Of a stretch of 64,000 nucleotides of DNA, positions 17,959-27,821 are shown piece after piece (within the stretch, counting starts at the first letter, position 1; the number at the start of each line of letters is the position of its first letter). The notes under the pieces were generated by a model. It ran no database searches. It saw only the letters and a program-made list of their open reading frames with translations, and was not told the origin of the DNA. Source of the DNA: an uncultured Planctomycetales bacterium (lineage in GTDB: Bacteria; Planctomycetota; Phycisphaerae; UBA1845; PWPN01); NCBI GenBank assembly GCA_964401335.1, contig CAYNYK010000006.1, positions 11,734 through 75,733 on the forward strand. Reading direction: 5' to 3'. A program made the position numbers and the translations under genes.

Positions 17959-19800
17959 ATGAAGACAATCAGTATCATCCTTTTCTTGACCATCGCCCTG
18001 CCTGTGGCTTCAGCCCGGGAATATCGTGTTTCCGTGAAGGGGGACGATTCGTACGAGGGGACCATCGATAAACCTCTTCGATCGATTTCCGCAGCCGCAC
18101 GATCGGCGCAACCCGGTGATGTAATCACGGTCCATGAAGGCGTCTATCGCGAACGCATCAGCCCGCCGCGCGGCGGTGATTCCGATCAGAACCGCATCGT
18201 GTACCAGGCAGCGCCCGGCGAGAAAGTCATCATCAAGGGTTCCGAGATCATCAAGGGTTGGGAGAAGGTGCGGAATGATGCCTGGAAAGTCACTATTCCC
18301 AACAGCTATTTCGGAGATTTCAACCCGTACCGCGACTTGATTACAGGGGACTGGTTCAAACCCAAGGGACGGGAACACCACACCGGGGCGGTTTATTTCG
18401 CCGGCCACTGGCTCACCGAAGCGGCCGAGTTGGATGAAGTCCTCAAGCCGGCGGGCGACAATCCGCTGTGGTTCGCCAAGGTGGACGAGACGAATACCAC
18501 GATCTGGGCGCATTTCAAGGATAGCGATCCCAACAAGGAAGAGGTGGAAATCAATGTGCGCCGGACGGTGTTTTATCCCGAGAAGCCGGGAGTCAACTAC
18601 CTCAGCGTGCGTGGTTTTACGATGAGGCACGCGGCCACTCCCTGGGCCCCGCCCACCGCCGAGCAGATCGGCCTGATCGGCACCCATTGGAGCAAGGGAT
18701 GGATCATCGAGAACAATGATATCCGTTACTCGACCTGCGTGGGGATCACCCTCGGCAAGTACGGCGACCAATGGGACAATACGTCACAGAACAGGGCGGA
18801 AGGTTACGTTAAAACAATCGAGCGCGCCCTGCAAAACGGCTGGTCGAAGGATAAAATTGGTCATCATATCGTGCGTAACAACCTTATCGCCTATTGCGAG
18901 CAGGCGGGTATCGTGGGCAGTCTGGGAGCGGCGTTTAGTACCGTCACCGGCAACGTCATTCATGACATTCACGTACGACAGCTTTTTTCGGGGGCGGAGA
19001 TGGCCGGCATCAAGTTCCATGCCGCGATTGATACGGAAATCAGTCGCAATCATATTTACCGTACGTGCCGCGGAATCTGGCTGGACTGGATGACCCAGGG
19101 AACACGGGTAACCAGAAATTTGTTGCACGACAACGGGCCCTATGAGGATTTGTTCGTCGAGGTGAATCACGGACCCTTCATGGTGGATCACAATCTGTTT
19201 TTCTCGCCCATCGCGTTGCTGGACATATCCGAAGGTGGCGCATACGTGCATAACCTGTTTGCCGGCCGCATCGAACATGATCCGGAACTGGATCGTGAGA
19301 CTCCATTTCAAAAAGCCCATTCCACGGAGGTCGCGGGGCTGCGCCATACGGTAGGCGGCGACAATCGCTTCCACAACAACCTCTTCGTGAACCACAACGG
19401 CTTGATGGCCTACGACAAGGCGGCGATGCCCGGGCAGATGTCCGGCAACGTGTTTCTTAAAAATGCCTCACCATGCCGGGATGAACCGCACCCGCTCGTG
19501 GCGTCAAAATTCGATCCCATGATGAAGTTAGAGGAAGGAAAGGATGGAGTGCTCCTTCATATCACCCTCGACAAAGCCTGGGCCGTGGAGCCGTCGCGCC
19601 GGCTCGTTACGACAGAGCTGCTTGCAAAGGCGAAAATCCCTGATCTGCCTTACGTACAACCCGACGGCTCGGCATATCGTATCGACACGGATTATTTCGG
19701 CAGGGAACGAAACGCGGCCAATCCCTACCCGGGCCCCTTTGAACTTCCTGACGGCGGACAGCAGGCCTTGGTGGTCTGGCCTCTCGCGAAACAACCATAA
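17959..19800 (+). CDS. Secreted right-handed parallel beta-helix repeat protein (pectate/polysaccharide lyase-like)
   Basis: Signal peptide MKTISIILFLTIALPVASA. DUF1565-like start SISAAARSAQPGDVITVHEGVYRE. Repeated NN-I/G-I beta-helix turns. Confidence 0.75.
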   Translation: MKTISIILFLTIALPVASAREYRVSVKGDDSYEGTIDKPLRSISAAARSAQPGDVITVHEGVYRERISPPRGGDSDQNRIVYQAAPGEKVIIKGSEIIKGWEKVRNDAWKVTIPNSYFGDFNPYRDLITGDWFKPKGREHHTGAVYFAGHWLTEAAELDEVLKPAGDNPLWFAKVDETNTTIWAHFKDSDPNKEEVEINVRRTVFYPEKPGVNYLSVRGFTMRHAATPWAPPTAEQIGLIGTHWSKGWIIENNDIRYSTCVGITLGKYGDQWDNTSQNRAEGYVKTIERALQNGWSKDKIGHHIVRNNLIAYCEQAGIVGSLGAAFSTVTGNVIHDIHVRQLFSGAEMAGIKFHAAIDTEISRNHIYRTCRGIWLDWMTQGTRVTRNLLHDNGPYEDLFVEVNHGPFMVDHNLFFSPIALLDISEGGAYVHNLFAGRIEHDPELDRETPFQKAHSTEVAGLRHTVGGDNRFHNNLFVNHNGLMAYDKAAMPGQMSGNVFLKNASPCRDEPHPLVASKFDPMMKLEEGKDGVLLHITLDKAWAVEPSRRLVTTELLAKAKIPDLPYVQPDGSAYRIDTDYFGRERNAANPYPGPFELPDGGQQALVVWPLAKQP

Positions 19801-19874
19801 AGGAATAAACAACCCAATCACGTATTGTCGCATGATTCGGGGACTGAAACCGAAGCCCTTGGGGGAAATACAAC

Positions 19875-21278
19875 ATGATGCCGAAAACAACTTTTGCCCT
19901 CTTCTTTGGCAACCGCGGCTTTTTCCCGGCATCGCTGCTGAAAACCGCAAGGCGGGAAATGCAGGAAGCCCTTACCCGGCTTGGGTATGACGTACTGATG
20001 CTGGACGAGGACGCAACGCGCCACGGCGCGGTGGAGACTCCGGAGGAGGGGCGCATTTACGCCGACTTTCTCCAACGAAACCGGGGCAAATTTCACGGGG
20101 TGATCCTTTGCTTGCCCAACTTCGGCGACGAAAACGGCGCGGTGGCCGCCCTTCAGGATGCGCATGTGCCGATACTCGTGCAGGCCTATCCCGACGAGTT
20201 GGACAAGATGGCCCCGCAATTTCGCCGGGACGCATTCTGTGGGAAATTCTCCATCATGGACGTGTTCAACCAATACGGCATCACGTTTACCACCTTGCAA
20301 CCGCACGTGGTCCATCCCAATTCAGACACGTTCGCTCGACAGGTGGACTATTTCGACCGTCTCTGTCGCGTGGTGGCCGCGGTAGGCCGCATGACCGTCG
20401 GCGCTTTGGGAGCCAGGACAACGGCCTTCAAAACCGTTCGGATCGATGAGTTGGCCCTGCAACGTCACGGTATCACCATGGAGACGATAGATTTGTCCGA
20501 GGTATTCGAGCGGGTCCGGCAACTGGCCGATCATGCCCCGGAAGTGCGGGACAAGATGGATCGGCTGCGCGCGTACACCAACTGGGATGGGGTACCAACC
20601 GAATCGCTCGCGATGCTCGCCCGTCTGGGAGTGGTGATGGATCGGTACGTGGCGGAACAAGGTTTCGATGCAATTGCCTTGCGCTGCTGGATAGAGATCG
20701 AGCAGCAGTTGAAAGTGTCTCCGTGCGTGCTACTGAGCGAGATGAACGATCGCGGCGTCGCGGCGGCCTGTGAAGTGGACGTAGGCAATGCGATTGCGAT
20801 GCACGCCCTGAAGGCCGCCTCCGGCAAACCGGCCACATGCCTGGATTGGAACAACAATTACGGGAACGAGCCGAACAAGTGCATCCTCTTTCATTGCGGT
20901 CCCGTGCCCCAAAGCCTCATGACCGGCAAAGGACAAGTCACCGCGCATGTAATCCTGGAAACCGCCCTCGGACAGGGGTGCTCCTTTGGCTGCAACACCG
21001 GCCGCATCGCGCCAACAAATATGACCTTCAGCAGTATGCTCACGCGCGACGGCCGCCTGGAGTTTTTTGTCGGCGAGGGCCAATTCACCAATGACCCGAT
21101 CCCAAGCGATTTCTTCGGCTGCGCGGGAGTGGCGGAAATACCTAACCTCCAGGCATGTTTGCAAACCATTGGGTACGCCGGATTCCGCCACCATGTGAGT
21201 GTAACCCCGGGAGCCGTGGCCGACCCGGTGATCGAAGCGCTGAGCCGATACCTTGGGCATAAGGTCATCAAGGTATAA
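19875..21278 (+). CDS. L-fucose/L-arabinose isomerase family protein
   Basis: N-terminus FALFFGNRGFFPASLL...LGYDVLMLDE and ~467 aa length match the FucI-like family. Confidence 0.65.
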   Translation: MMPKTTFALFFGNRGFFPASLLKTARREMQEALTRLGYDVLMLDEDATRHGAVETPEEGRIYADFLQRNRGKFHGVILCLPNFGDENGAVAALQDAHVPILVQAYPDELDKMAPQFRRDAFCGKFSIMDVFNQYGITFTTLQPHVVHPNSDTFARQVDYFDRLCRVVAAVGRMTVGALGARTTAFKTVRIDELALQRHGITMETIDLSEVFERVRQLADHAPEVRDKMDRLRAYTNWDGVPTESLAMLARLGVVMDRYVAEQGFDAIALRCWIEIEQQLKVSPCVLLSEMNDRGVAAACEVDVGNAIAMHALKAASGKPATCLDWNNNYGNEPNKCILFHCGPVPQSLMTGKGQVTAHVILETALGQGCSFGCNTGRIAPTNMTFSSMLTRDGRLEFFVGEGQFTNDPIPSDFFGCAGVAEIPNLQACLQTIGYAGFRHHVSVTPGAVADPVIEALSRYLGHKVIKV

Positions 21279-21571
21279 TCTGACAACTGCTCGAATCTCA
21301 ATAAAAACAGGCCATGTCTCTTTTCAGCCCGTCCCCTGTCCATAGTCCGTCCCCGCCCGTCGGATTTTTAGCAAAATAATTATGATTATAAATCCTTTAT
21401 TTTTAATATTTTAAGAAATTCCCACAACCTCGACAACATATTTCACGCAATTAGTAATCTAACGTCAATAATTCACTAGTGTCAACTATTATGATTCCGG
21501 TATTTCCCAGGCCTTCGAGAAACCGAAGCTGGGGCCGGTTGCTTTGAACGGATTATTTGGAGGATCAAACC

Positions 21572-22426
21572 ATGAAATCTCTACGAAAAAACCAATCCGT
21601 GATCTTCTGCCTGGCCGTGACTCTTGCAATGTCTGCAACAAGCTCGTTTGCGGCCTCCCGGGTAACTCAAAGGACTTCGCCGGCGCGATCCGCTTCGTGG
21701 TCCGCAACCGCACAACCACGATCCACGGCCACCATACCCAATGCAACAATGCGACGCGCAACCGCCGCACGGGAAACCCCTGCACGAGCGACTCGGCAAA
21801 CCATAACGAAGCGAACGCCAGCCATGGGAAATCCCCCGATGTCGCGCAATCAACCCCAAAACGCTCCGCGACCGCCGGAAAGGTCCCGGCACGGCGATAC
21901 CAGAAACCGGTATTCCGACAGGTATTCCGGCAATAGCAACCATCGTCCCGCGCTGCCTCAGTATCGTGATTCCCGGCATCACAGCACACACTTCGGATTT
22001 AATTTCAACATAGGACATGTGGCCCCGCCGCCGCTGACCGTATTTGAGCCCGTGTATGTCCAACCTGTACCCGTCGGTGTACCGGCTATCGTTGCGCCTC
22101 CGCCGGTGATGCCAGTCCCGACCGTGCAACCTGCTCTGCCCATAACACAGGGCGTTCTGTTCGATGCCTTCGTCAGCCGGGATGATCATATCGCCCCGAA
22201 AAAAATACTGACCGTCGACGGCATCATGCTGAAGATCAAGGATACGGATGCATACCCACTTGACGTGGACATCGAGTTGGGCATTCTCGATCATGAATAC
22301 AATTTCGAGGATCTGCCGATTGGATCAAGAGTTGATATTTACGGCCAATCCGGCCAACTCTACCATGTGGATATTATCGCCATCGACGATGATACCGAAA
22401 CGCTCCGATTCACCATCAGTCAATAA
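21572..22426 (+). CDS. Hypothetical secreted protein with basic, R/T/P-rich disordered region
   Basis: ggagga SD then ATG. Signal peptide MKSLRKNQSVIFCLAVTLAMSATSSFA. About 130 aa low-complexity region, then a P/V-rich stretch and a ~90 aa C-terminal domain. Preceded by a strongly AT-rich region. Confidence 0.55.
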   Translation: MKSLRKNQSVIFCLAVTLAMSATSSFAASRVTQRTSPARSASWSATAQPRSTATIPNATMRRATAARETPARATRQTITKRTPAMGNPPMSRNQPQNAPRPPERSRHGDTRNRYSDRYSGNSNHRPALPQYRDSRHHSTHFGFNFNIGHVAPPPLTVFEPVYVQPVPVGVPAIVAPPPVMPVPTVQPALPITQGVLFDAFVSRDDHIAPKKILTVDGIMLKIKDTDAYPLDVDIELGILDHEYNFEDLPIGSRVDIYGQSGQLYHVDIIAIDDDTETLRFTISQ

Positions 22427-22471
22427 GAGCCCAACGTGGTGATGGAGGAACCGATAGCCTGCATGTGATAG

Positions 22472-22539
22472 CCCGGATCATTCACCACGGAGGCCCGTCC
22501 AGGCGGGTCTCCGTGGTATCATCCGATGAATAATCCGGG
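22472..22539. repeat. Palindromic element family 2, short (68 nt) form, copy B
   Basis: CCCGGATCATTCACCACGGAGGCCCG tccagg CGGGTCTCCGTGGTATCATCCGATGAATAATCCGGG. Lies between convergent genes. Confidence 0.8.
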
Positions 22540-22643
22540 ATAGCGTTCTGGTTCGCTCTATTCGCAACGGCCTTTCCGTGGATGACACGGGCCGGAAAGA
22601 GGACCGGCCTCGCATCCCCTGCATAACTGTTCCCGAACGAGCG

Positions 22644-23714
22644 TTATGTATATCGATACTCGCGGGCGGTGCGATAGAGGGTCAGGATGTTCTCGATCGG
22701 CACATCCGGCTGGACGGCGTTGGAGGCCGCAACCATGTAACCGCCGTTCCGGCCTAATACCTCGATCAAGTGCAGAACCTCCGCCTCGATCTGAGCGGGT
22801 GTACCGAACGGCAACAGTTCCTGCGTATCGATCCCGCCATAGAAGGAAATTCTTCCGCCGAACAGACGAGCGAGGTTTTCCGCCGACATCCCGGTCGCCT
22901 TGGGCTGGATCGGGTCCAGCATATCGACGCCCATCTCGATCAGATCCTCGATGATCGGGACCACCGCCCCGTCGGTATGATACCGCGTCTTCAGATTCAT
23001 ACGCTTGAACGGCACCACCAGCTCGGCGTGCCAGGGCCGCACATGCTCGCGCCACACGGCCGGCGACATCAGCATCGCCGTCTGCATCCCGACATCACTG
23101 TTGCTCCAGACAACGTCGATCCGGCCTTCCGCCGCCTCCACGGCCCGAAGCGTGACCGTCTGGTAGAACCGGGTGACATGCCCCAGGATCGCCTCGGCGA
23201 TATCCGGATTCTCGACCAAATCCATCAGGTATTGCTCGAACCCGCGCAGGAACCACGCCATCTCGAAGAACATGCCGGTCGGCAACACGATCGCTTTCGG
23301 TTCCTCGCGGTTCAGGGTCTTGATTTCCTCCGCGATGTGATCCACGGACATCCAGTCGGGGTTCGGCCAGGGGTACTCCTCCACCTCCCGCACGGTTTTT
23401 GCCCCGGCAAGCGGATGCACGGCCACCTCGCGGTAGGTGCAGAACGGGTTCGCGACGGACCTCCAGGTGACGCCCCACATGTCCGTCCCCCCGTCGTTGT
23501 AACCTAAGGCTCCCGAGAACTTTGACGGGCCAACATAACGGGGCCCCACATAGCGCATGTCGGCACCCAAATACTGGAGCAACTCCTCGTAGCTGTTCAG
23601 CTTCAGGTGAGCCAGCAGTTTCTGGGTGGTTTCTGGTGGGCCATAGTAGTTCAGTGGCGGCCGATCAGGCTTGCGACACTCAAGGACGGCCAACACGCGC
23701 TCACGCGATGTCAT
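22644..23714 (-). CDS. Uroporphyrinogen decarboxylase (URO-D/MtaA-like) family protein
   Basis: MTSRERVLAVLECRKPDRPPLN is a typical URO-D-family N-terminus. About 356 aa. Confidence 0.7.
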   Translation of the reverse strand: MTSRERVLAVLECRKPDRPPLNYYGPPETTQKLLAHLKLNSYEELLQYLGADMRYVGPRYVGPSKFSGALGYNDGGTDMWGVTWRSVANPFCTYREVAVHPLAGAKTVREVEEYPWPNPDWMSVDHIAEEIKTLNREEPKAIVLPTGMFFEMAWFLRGFEQYLMDLVENPDIAEAILGHVTRFYQTVTLRAVEAAEGRIDVVWSNSDVGMQTAMLMSPAVWREHVRPWHAELVVPFKRMNLKTRYHTDGAVVPIIEDLIEMGVDMLDPIQPKATGMSAENLARLFGGRISFYGGIDTQELLPFGTPAQIEAEVLHLIEVLGRNGGYMVAASNAVQPDVPIENILTLYRTAREYRYT

Positions 23715-23868
23715 GCATGATCTCCTTCACTTCCGGCTAACCCATCATCATGAAACCCAATGCAACCTCACAATACAATTCGCTCCTTGCACCTTGACAT
23801 GCCGGGGCCTTTTAGATTACATACTGTCTTTCAGGATTTCCACTGGCCTCTCAATCGGGAAGGTGGTA

Positions 23869-25581
23869 ATGCAAATCCTTGAACATCTGTCATTGATCGA
23901 CGGCCTTGTGATCCTTGGTTACATGGCCTTGACCGCCTTTCTGGGCCTTGCCTTTCGCCGCCAGAGTTCCTCGACCGAGTTCCTTCTCGCCAACCGGGGG
24001 ATGGGTTGGCTGCCGGTCGGCCTTAGCGTAATGGCCACCCTCTTCAGCGCCAACTCCTTCCTGATGATTCCCGGCGAAACCTTCCGCTACAACCTGTTTT
24101 TCGTCGGCATCCTGGTCGGAATCATCAGCACCATGCCCCTGGTGATGCGGTGGATTATTCCCATCTACGTGCGGTCGGGATGCGTAACGGCCTATGAATT
24201 GCTCGAAAGGCGATTTGACGTTCGCGTGCGGGTATTCGCGGCGGCGCTCTTCATTTTACTGCGGATGGGCTGGATGGCCGCCGCCACCTTCGCCTGTTCC
24301 CTGGCCGTCTCGGTAATCTCCGGCACCGACCTGCTGCTGACGATCTGGGTCATGGGTATCGTTACCACGATTTATACGGTTACCGGCGGCATCAAGGCCG
24401 TCATGTGGAACGATGTGGTTCAGTTCGTTGTTTTCACCGTGGCGATCCTAGGGGCCCTGGGGATTGCGTTGGCCCACGTGCCCGGCGGCTGGTCGGGCAC
24501 ATGGTCCGCTTACGAGTCGGCCGGCAAAATGCAACTCGTGGACCCCCGGTGGGACCTGAGTCTGCGGATGGGAATGTGGGTTTTGATTATCGGCCAGTTC
24601 ATCGAAATGCTCTCGGCCTACTCGACCGATCAATCGCTGGTGCAAAGATACCTCACGGCCACATCGGTCTCGGTCTGCCGCCGCGCCTTTGTTGCCAACA
24701 TCGTCGGGACGTTCCTGGTTCTCCCTGGACTCATGATCCTTGGTGTCGCTCTTTCGAGTTTCTATCAGGCACACCCGGATCGGTTGGCGGCCGCTCCCAC
24801 CGAGTATTTCCTCCGCAAGCCGGCGGACCTTCGGAACGCCCCCGAACTGGTCAGGGCCATGGCCGACCGCAAGCAGATGAGCCCCGCGGAATGGCTACAA
24901 CAGGCGACAAACGATCCCGCTCTGCTTCGTCGCGACCTGACCGCCCGCTATGCCGAGAATCCACAACTGGCGGCCCAGGATCTCTACCAGGTCAATCGCC
25001 AGGATGAAGTTCTCCCCTTGTTCGTGCGCCGGGAGATGCCGCGGGGACTCATCGGCCTGGTCCTTGCCGCCTTGCTGGCGGCCACCATGTCCAGCCTCGC
25101 CGGGGGCATTCATTCGATCGCTACCTCGATCGTCGTCGACTTCAAGAACCGTTTCCTTGCACGGCGCTCGGACGCGGACAGTCCCCATGAAGTCCGCTTT
25201 ATCCGCCTGCTCACCCTGGTGCTGGGCCTGGCCGCCACCGCCCTGGCCTGCTTTGTCAGCCGCCTTGGTCCGGTCTTCGATATGAACAAGAAACTGAACG
25301 GCTCGTTTTCGGGGCCGTTGCTGGCCGTGTTTCTACTGGCTTTCTTCTGTCAACGAGCCCGCGCGATCCCCGTGCTATTAGCCGCCGTTATCGGGACAGG
25401 CCTCACGGTCTGGTTGACCACGCTGAGTGAGCTGCAACGTCTACCCGCCTGGCTGACCTCGACCGGTACCATCGCCCCCATGTGGTTCTGCGTTTTCGGT
25501 TTCCTGAGCACCTGGCTGATCGGTTACCTCGCCAGCCTGGCAGCGCCAGCAAAAAACACCAGCCCGACTCGTGCCGCCTAG
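23869..25581 (+). CDS. Sodium:solute symporter (SSF) family transporter
   Basis: Multiple TM helices. FLLANRGMGWLPVGLSVMATLFSANSF and TGGIKAVMWNDVVQ are SSF motifs. ATG 23869 is chosen. Contains a ~80 aa hydrophilic insertion. Confidence 0.85.
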   Translation: MQILEHLSLIDGLVILGYMALTAFLGLAFRRQSSSTEFLLANRGMGWLPVGLSVMATLFSANSFLMIPGETFRYNLFFVGILVGIISTMPLVMRWIIPIYVRSGCVTAYELLERRFDVRVRVFAAALFILLRMGWMAAATFACSLAVSVISGTDLLLTIWVMGIVTTIYTVTGGIKAVMWNDVVQFVVFTVAILGALGIALAHVPGGWSGTWSAYESAGKMQLVDPRWDLSLRMGMWVLIIGQFIEMLSAYSTDQSLVQRYLTATSVSVCRRAFVANIVGTFLVLPGLMILGVALSSFYQAHPDRLAAAPTEYFLRKPADLRNAPELVRAMADRKQMSPAEWLQQATNDPALLRRDLTARYAENPQLAAQDLYQVNRQDEVLPLFVRREMPRGLIGLVLAALLAATMSSLAGGIHSIATSIVVDFKNRFLARRSDADSPHEVRFIRLLTLVLGLAATALACFVSRLGPVFDMNKKLNGSFSGPLLAVFLLAFFCQRARAIPVLLAAVIGTGLTVWLTTLSELQRLPAWLTSTGTIAPMWFCVFGFLSTWLIGYLASLAAPAKNTSPTRAA

Positions 25582-25715
25582 CGAAATGCTGCTTCGCAGA
25601 GTAGCAATCGCCAGCAAAGGTTTCTCTCTACCAGCCAGAAGCAATTTACCTCGCTCGCCATGGTCGTTCGACCTGACCCTCGGCTCTGAGGATCAGGCTC
25701 TCGAGAGGCGGCAGG

Positions 25716-25840
25716 GTGGCATGGGCAGGCTCTTGTCGTGCGGTAGCAGGACAAGGGTCTGCCCGTGCTTTATGCTAACACCGAGAACACGTGGGCAGGT
25801 TCTTGTCCCGTAAAGGCGGGATAAGCATCTGCCCACGCCA
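25716..25840 (+). repeat. Hairpin repeat family 1, two tandem copies
   Basis: Copy 1 is GGTGGCATGGGCAGGCTCTTGTC...GGACAAGGGTCTGCCCGTGCTTT. Copy 2 is ACGTGGGCAGGTTCTTGTCCC...GGGATAAGCATCTGCCCACGCC. Confidence 0.8.
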
Positions 25841-26111
25841 TTCTGAGTGTAATCGTTCCCCGACCTTCGAAAAAGGTGAGGCACCCTTCCGCGGCTTGCG
25901 ATCAGGCGGGTCACTTTACGATTAATCCGTGCGTATATTATGGGAACTTTTAACGGTCGGGGAATTCGATAAAGCCTAATCCATTCGAGCGTTAAGGGGA
26001 CCGTCGGCGACACCGATACAGAGATAGCCTGTCTTGATTTGCGCGCCAAGGGCGCAGGGCAGGTTGGTTCACGGTCGGCATACGCTATGCCGGTCGGTCG
26101 AAGGGTGAAAT

Positions 26112-27248
26112 GTGGCCGTACCATTTTTACGAATACGCCGGCATGTCGGACCCATCGGGCTCGATCTGGGGACCCATTTTTTGCGCATGATCCAGTTGGT
26201 TCATGAAGGTGAACGCTTCGCGGTTTTGGATTGTGCCCAGCAGATTGTCCCGTTGGAAATAAAGTCCCGGGCCGAATATGAGCTGATCATCCTGTCCAGC
26301 GTGAGCCGGATGCTGAAGGAGGGTCGTTTCGCAGGCCGTGACGTGGTGACCGCGCTGGGCTGGAATGATCTGCAGATTCGTAACCTGCGCTTGCCCGCCG
26401 ACACGCAGGGGGACGTGGAGAACGAAATCCGCCGCCAGGCGGAGGAACGCTTCGGCATGGATCCGGTGGAGACGGAGTTTCGTTTCCTACCGGCCGGCGA
26501 TGTGCGCCAAGGAACGGAGGTGTGCCAGGAGGTGATTGTCCTGGGCGCCGCCCGCTCGACGATCGAGACCCATATCGACCTGCTGGGCAAGTTAGGGTTA
26601 AAACCGGCGGCCATTGATGCCGGGCCGTGTGCCTTGTTCCGGAGTTTCGAGCGTTTTTTACGTCGCGAAGAGGACGACGAGCAGGTCCACGCCCTCGTGG
26701 ATATGGGCTACGAGGCCACGCGGGTTGTGCTCTCCCGCGGGACGGACTTGATTTTGTTCAAGGCGATTCCCCTCGGCGGGCGGCATTTTGATCGCTTGCT
26801 GAGCGAGCGACTCGACCTGAGCCGATACGAGGCTTCGGAAATCCGCATGCGCGTTCAGGGATGCCGAGCGGATTCGGAAACGGGAAACGCGGACGAAAAC
26901 GATCCGCCGCCGGACAGCCTGAAACGCGCGGTGTTCGATGCATTACGACCGGCCCTTGAGCAGATCGGCAAGGAGATCGCGCTTTGCCTGCGCTATTGTT
27001 CGGCGACGTTCCGGGGACTGCGTTGTGAAACCATCACCACCGTCGGCGGACAGGCCCGTGACCCGGCCCTACGGGGATTCCTCGCCGATCAGGTTGGTCT
27101 GCCCTTCGAGGTGGGCCGCCCGATGCGGAATGTTGTGCTGGATCGCGGCGGATGCACGCTCGACCGCCGCGCGGGACAACCGGAATGGGCGATGGCCGTC
27201 GGCCTGGCCCTGAAACCGCTGCATCAAACCGTCGAGGTGATGCGATGA
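26112..27248 (+). CDS. pilM: Type IV pilus assembly protein PilM (actin-like ATPase fold)
   Basis: PIGLDLGTHFLRMIQL, IDAGPCALFRSF and VDMGYEATRVVL are PilM/FtsA-like phosphate and adenosine motifs. GTG start. Confidence 0.8.
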   Translation: MAVPFLRIRRHVGPIGLDLGTHFLRMIQLVHEGERFAVLDCAQQIVPLEIKSRAEYELIILSSVSRMLKEGRFAGRDVVTALGWNDLQIRNLRLPADTQGDVENEIRRQAEERFGMDPVETEFRFLPAGDVRQGTEVCQEVIVLGAARSTIETHIDLLGKLGLKPAAIDAGPCALFRSFERFLRREEDDEQVHALVDMGYEATRVVLSRGTDLILFKAIPLGGRHFDRLLSERLDLSRYEASEIRMRVQGCRADSETGNADENDPPPDSLKRAVFDALRPALEQIGKEIALCLRYCSATFRGLRCETITTVGGQARDPALRGFLADQVGLPFEVGRPMRNVVLDRGGCTLDRRAGQPEWAMAVGLALKPLHQTVEVMR

Positions 27249-27796
27249 AGGAAATCGATTTTCTGCCGAGACATTTTCACCATGCCGCCCGTCGGCGGAA
27301 AACACGTCGGCGACTAGCCGTTCTGGCCGGTCTGGTGTTTGCGTATGTCTTGGTTCATCTCACCTATGAAACACGGGTGGATCGTGTCCTGGCGTCGTCG
27401 TCCGAATGGTTCGACGAGGACGTTGATCCCCCTCTAGCCACCGCACCCGCGGGCAACCGCGATGCCGCCAAAACCGATGGCCCGACCCGACTCGACCCCT
27501 GCCTCGTTCAGGCCGAGCGAGCGGTACGCCGGCTTTTGGGTGACGAATATCAATTGCGCTGGATATCGTTCGAGACCACCGTACAACCAGGTGCCGATCA
27601 GCTCAATCTTCATGGGTGTCTGCGGGCGGTGGCGCAAAACGAATTGAGCGTCGGCATATTCATGGGCCGACTCGCATCCCGCCCATTTTGCAGGGCGATG
27701 GAGCTTCGTTGGCTACGGGAAGTCCTCGAGGCCGGTCGGCCGATGCGGGAATTCGAGCTGACTTTCACTCTGGACCCCCGCGGTTTCTCCAAATGA
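27245..27796 (+). CDS. pilN: PilN-like bitopic membrane protein
   Basis: ATGA overlap with pilM. N-terminal IDFLP (PilM-binding INLLP-type motif), basic stretch, then one TM helix LAVLAGLVFAYVLVHL. Confidence 0.6.
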   Translation: MKEIDFLPRHFHHAARRRKTRRRLAVLAGLVFAYVLVHLTYETRVDRVLASSSEWFDEDVDPPLATAPAGNRDAAKTDGPTRLDPCLVQAERAVRRLLGDEYQLRWISFETTVQPGADQLNLHGCLRAVAQNELSVGIFMGRLASRPFCRAMELRWLREVLEAGRPMREFELTFTLDPRGFSK

Positions 27797-27821
27797 AGGT
27801 TGAAAAGGGATCATCAAGGTC

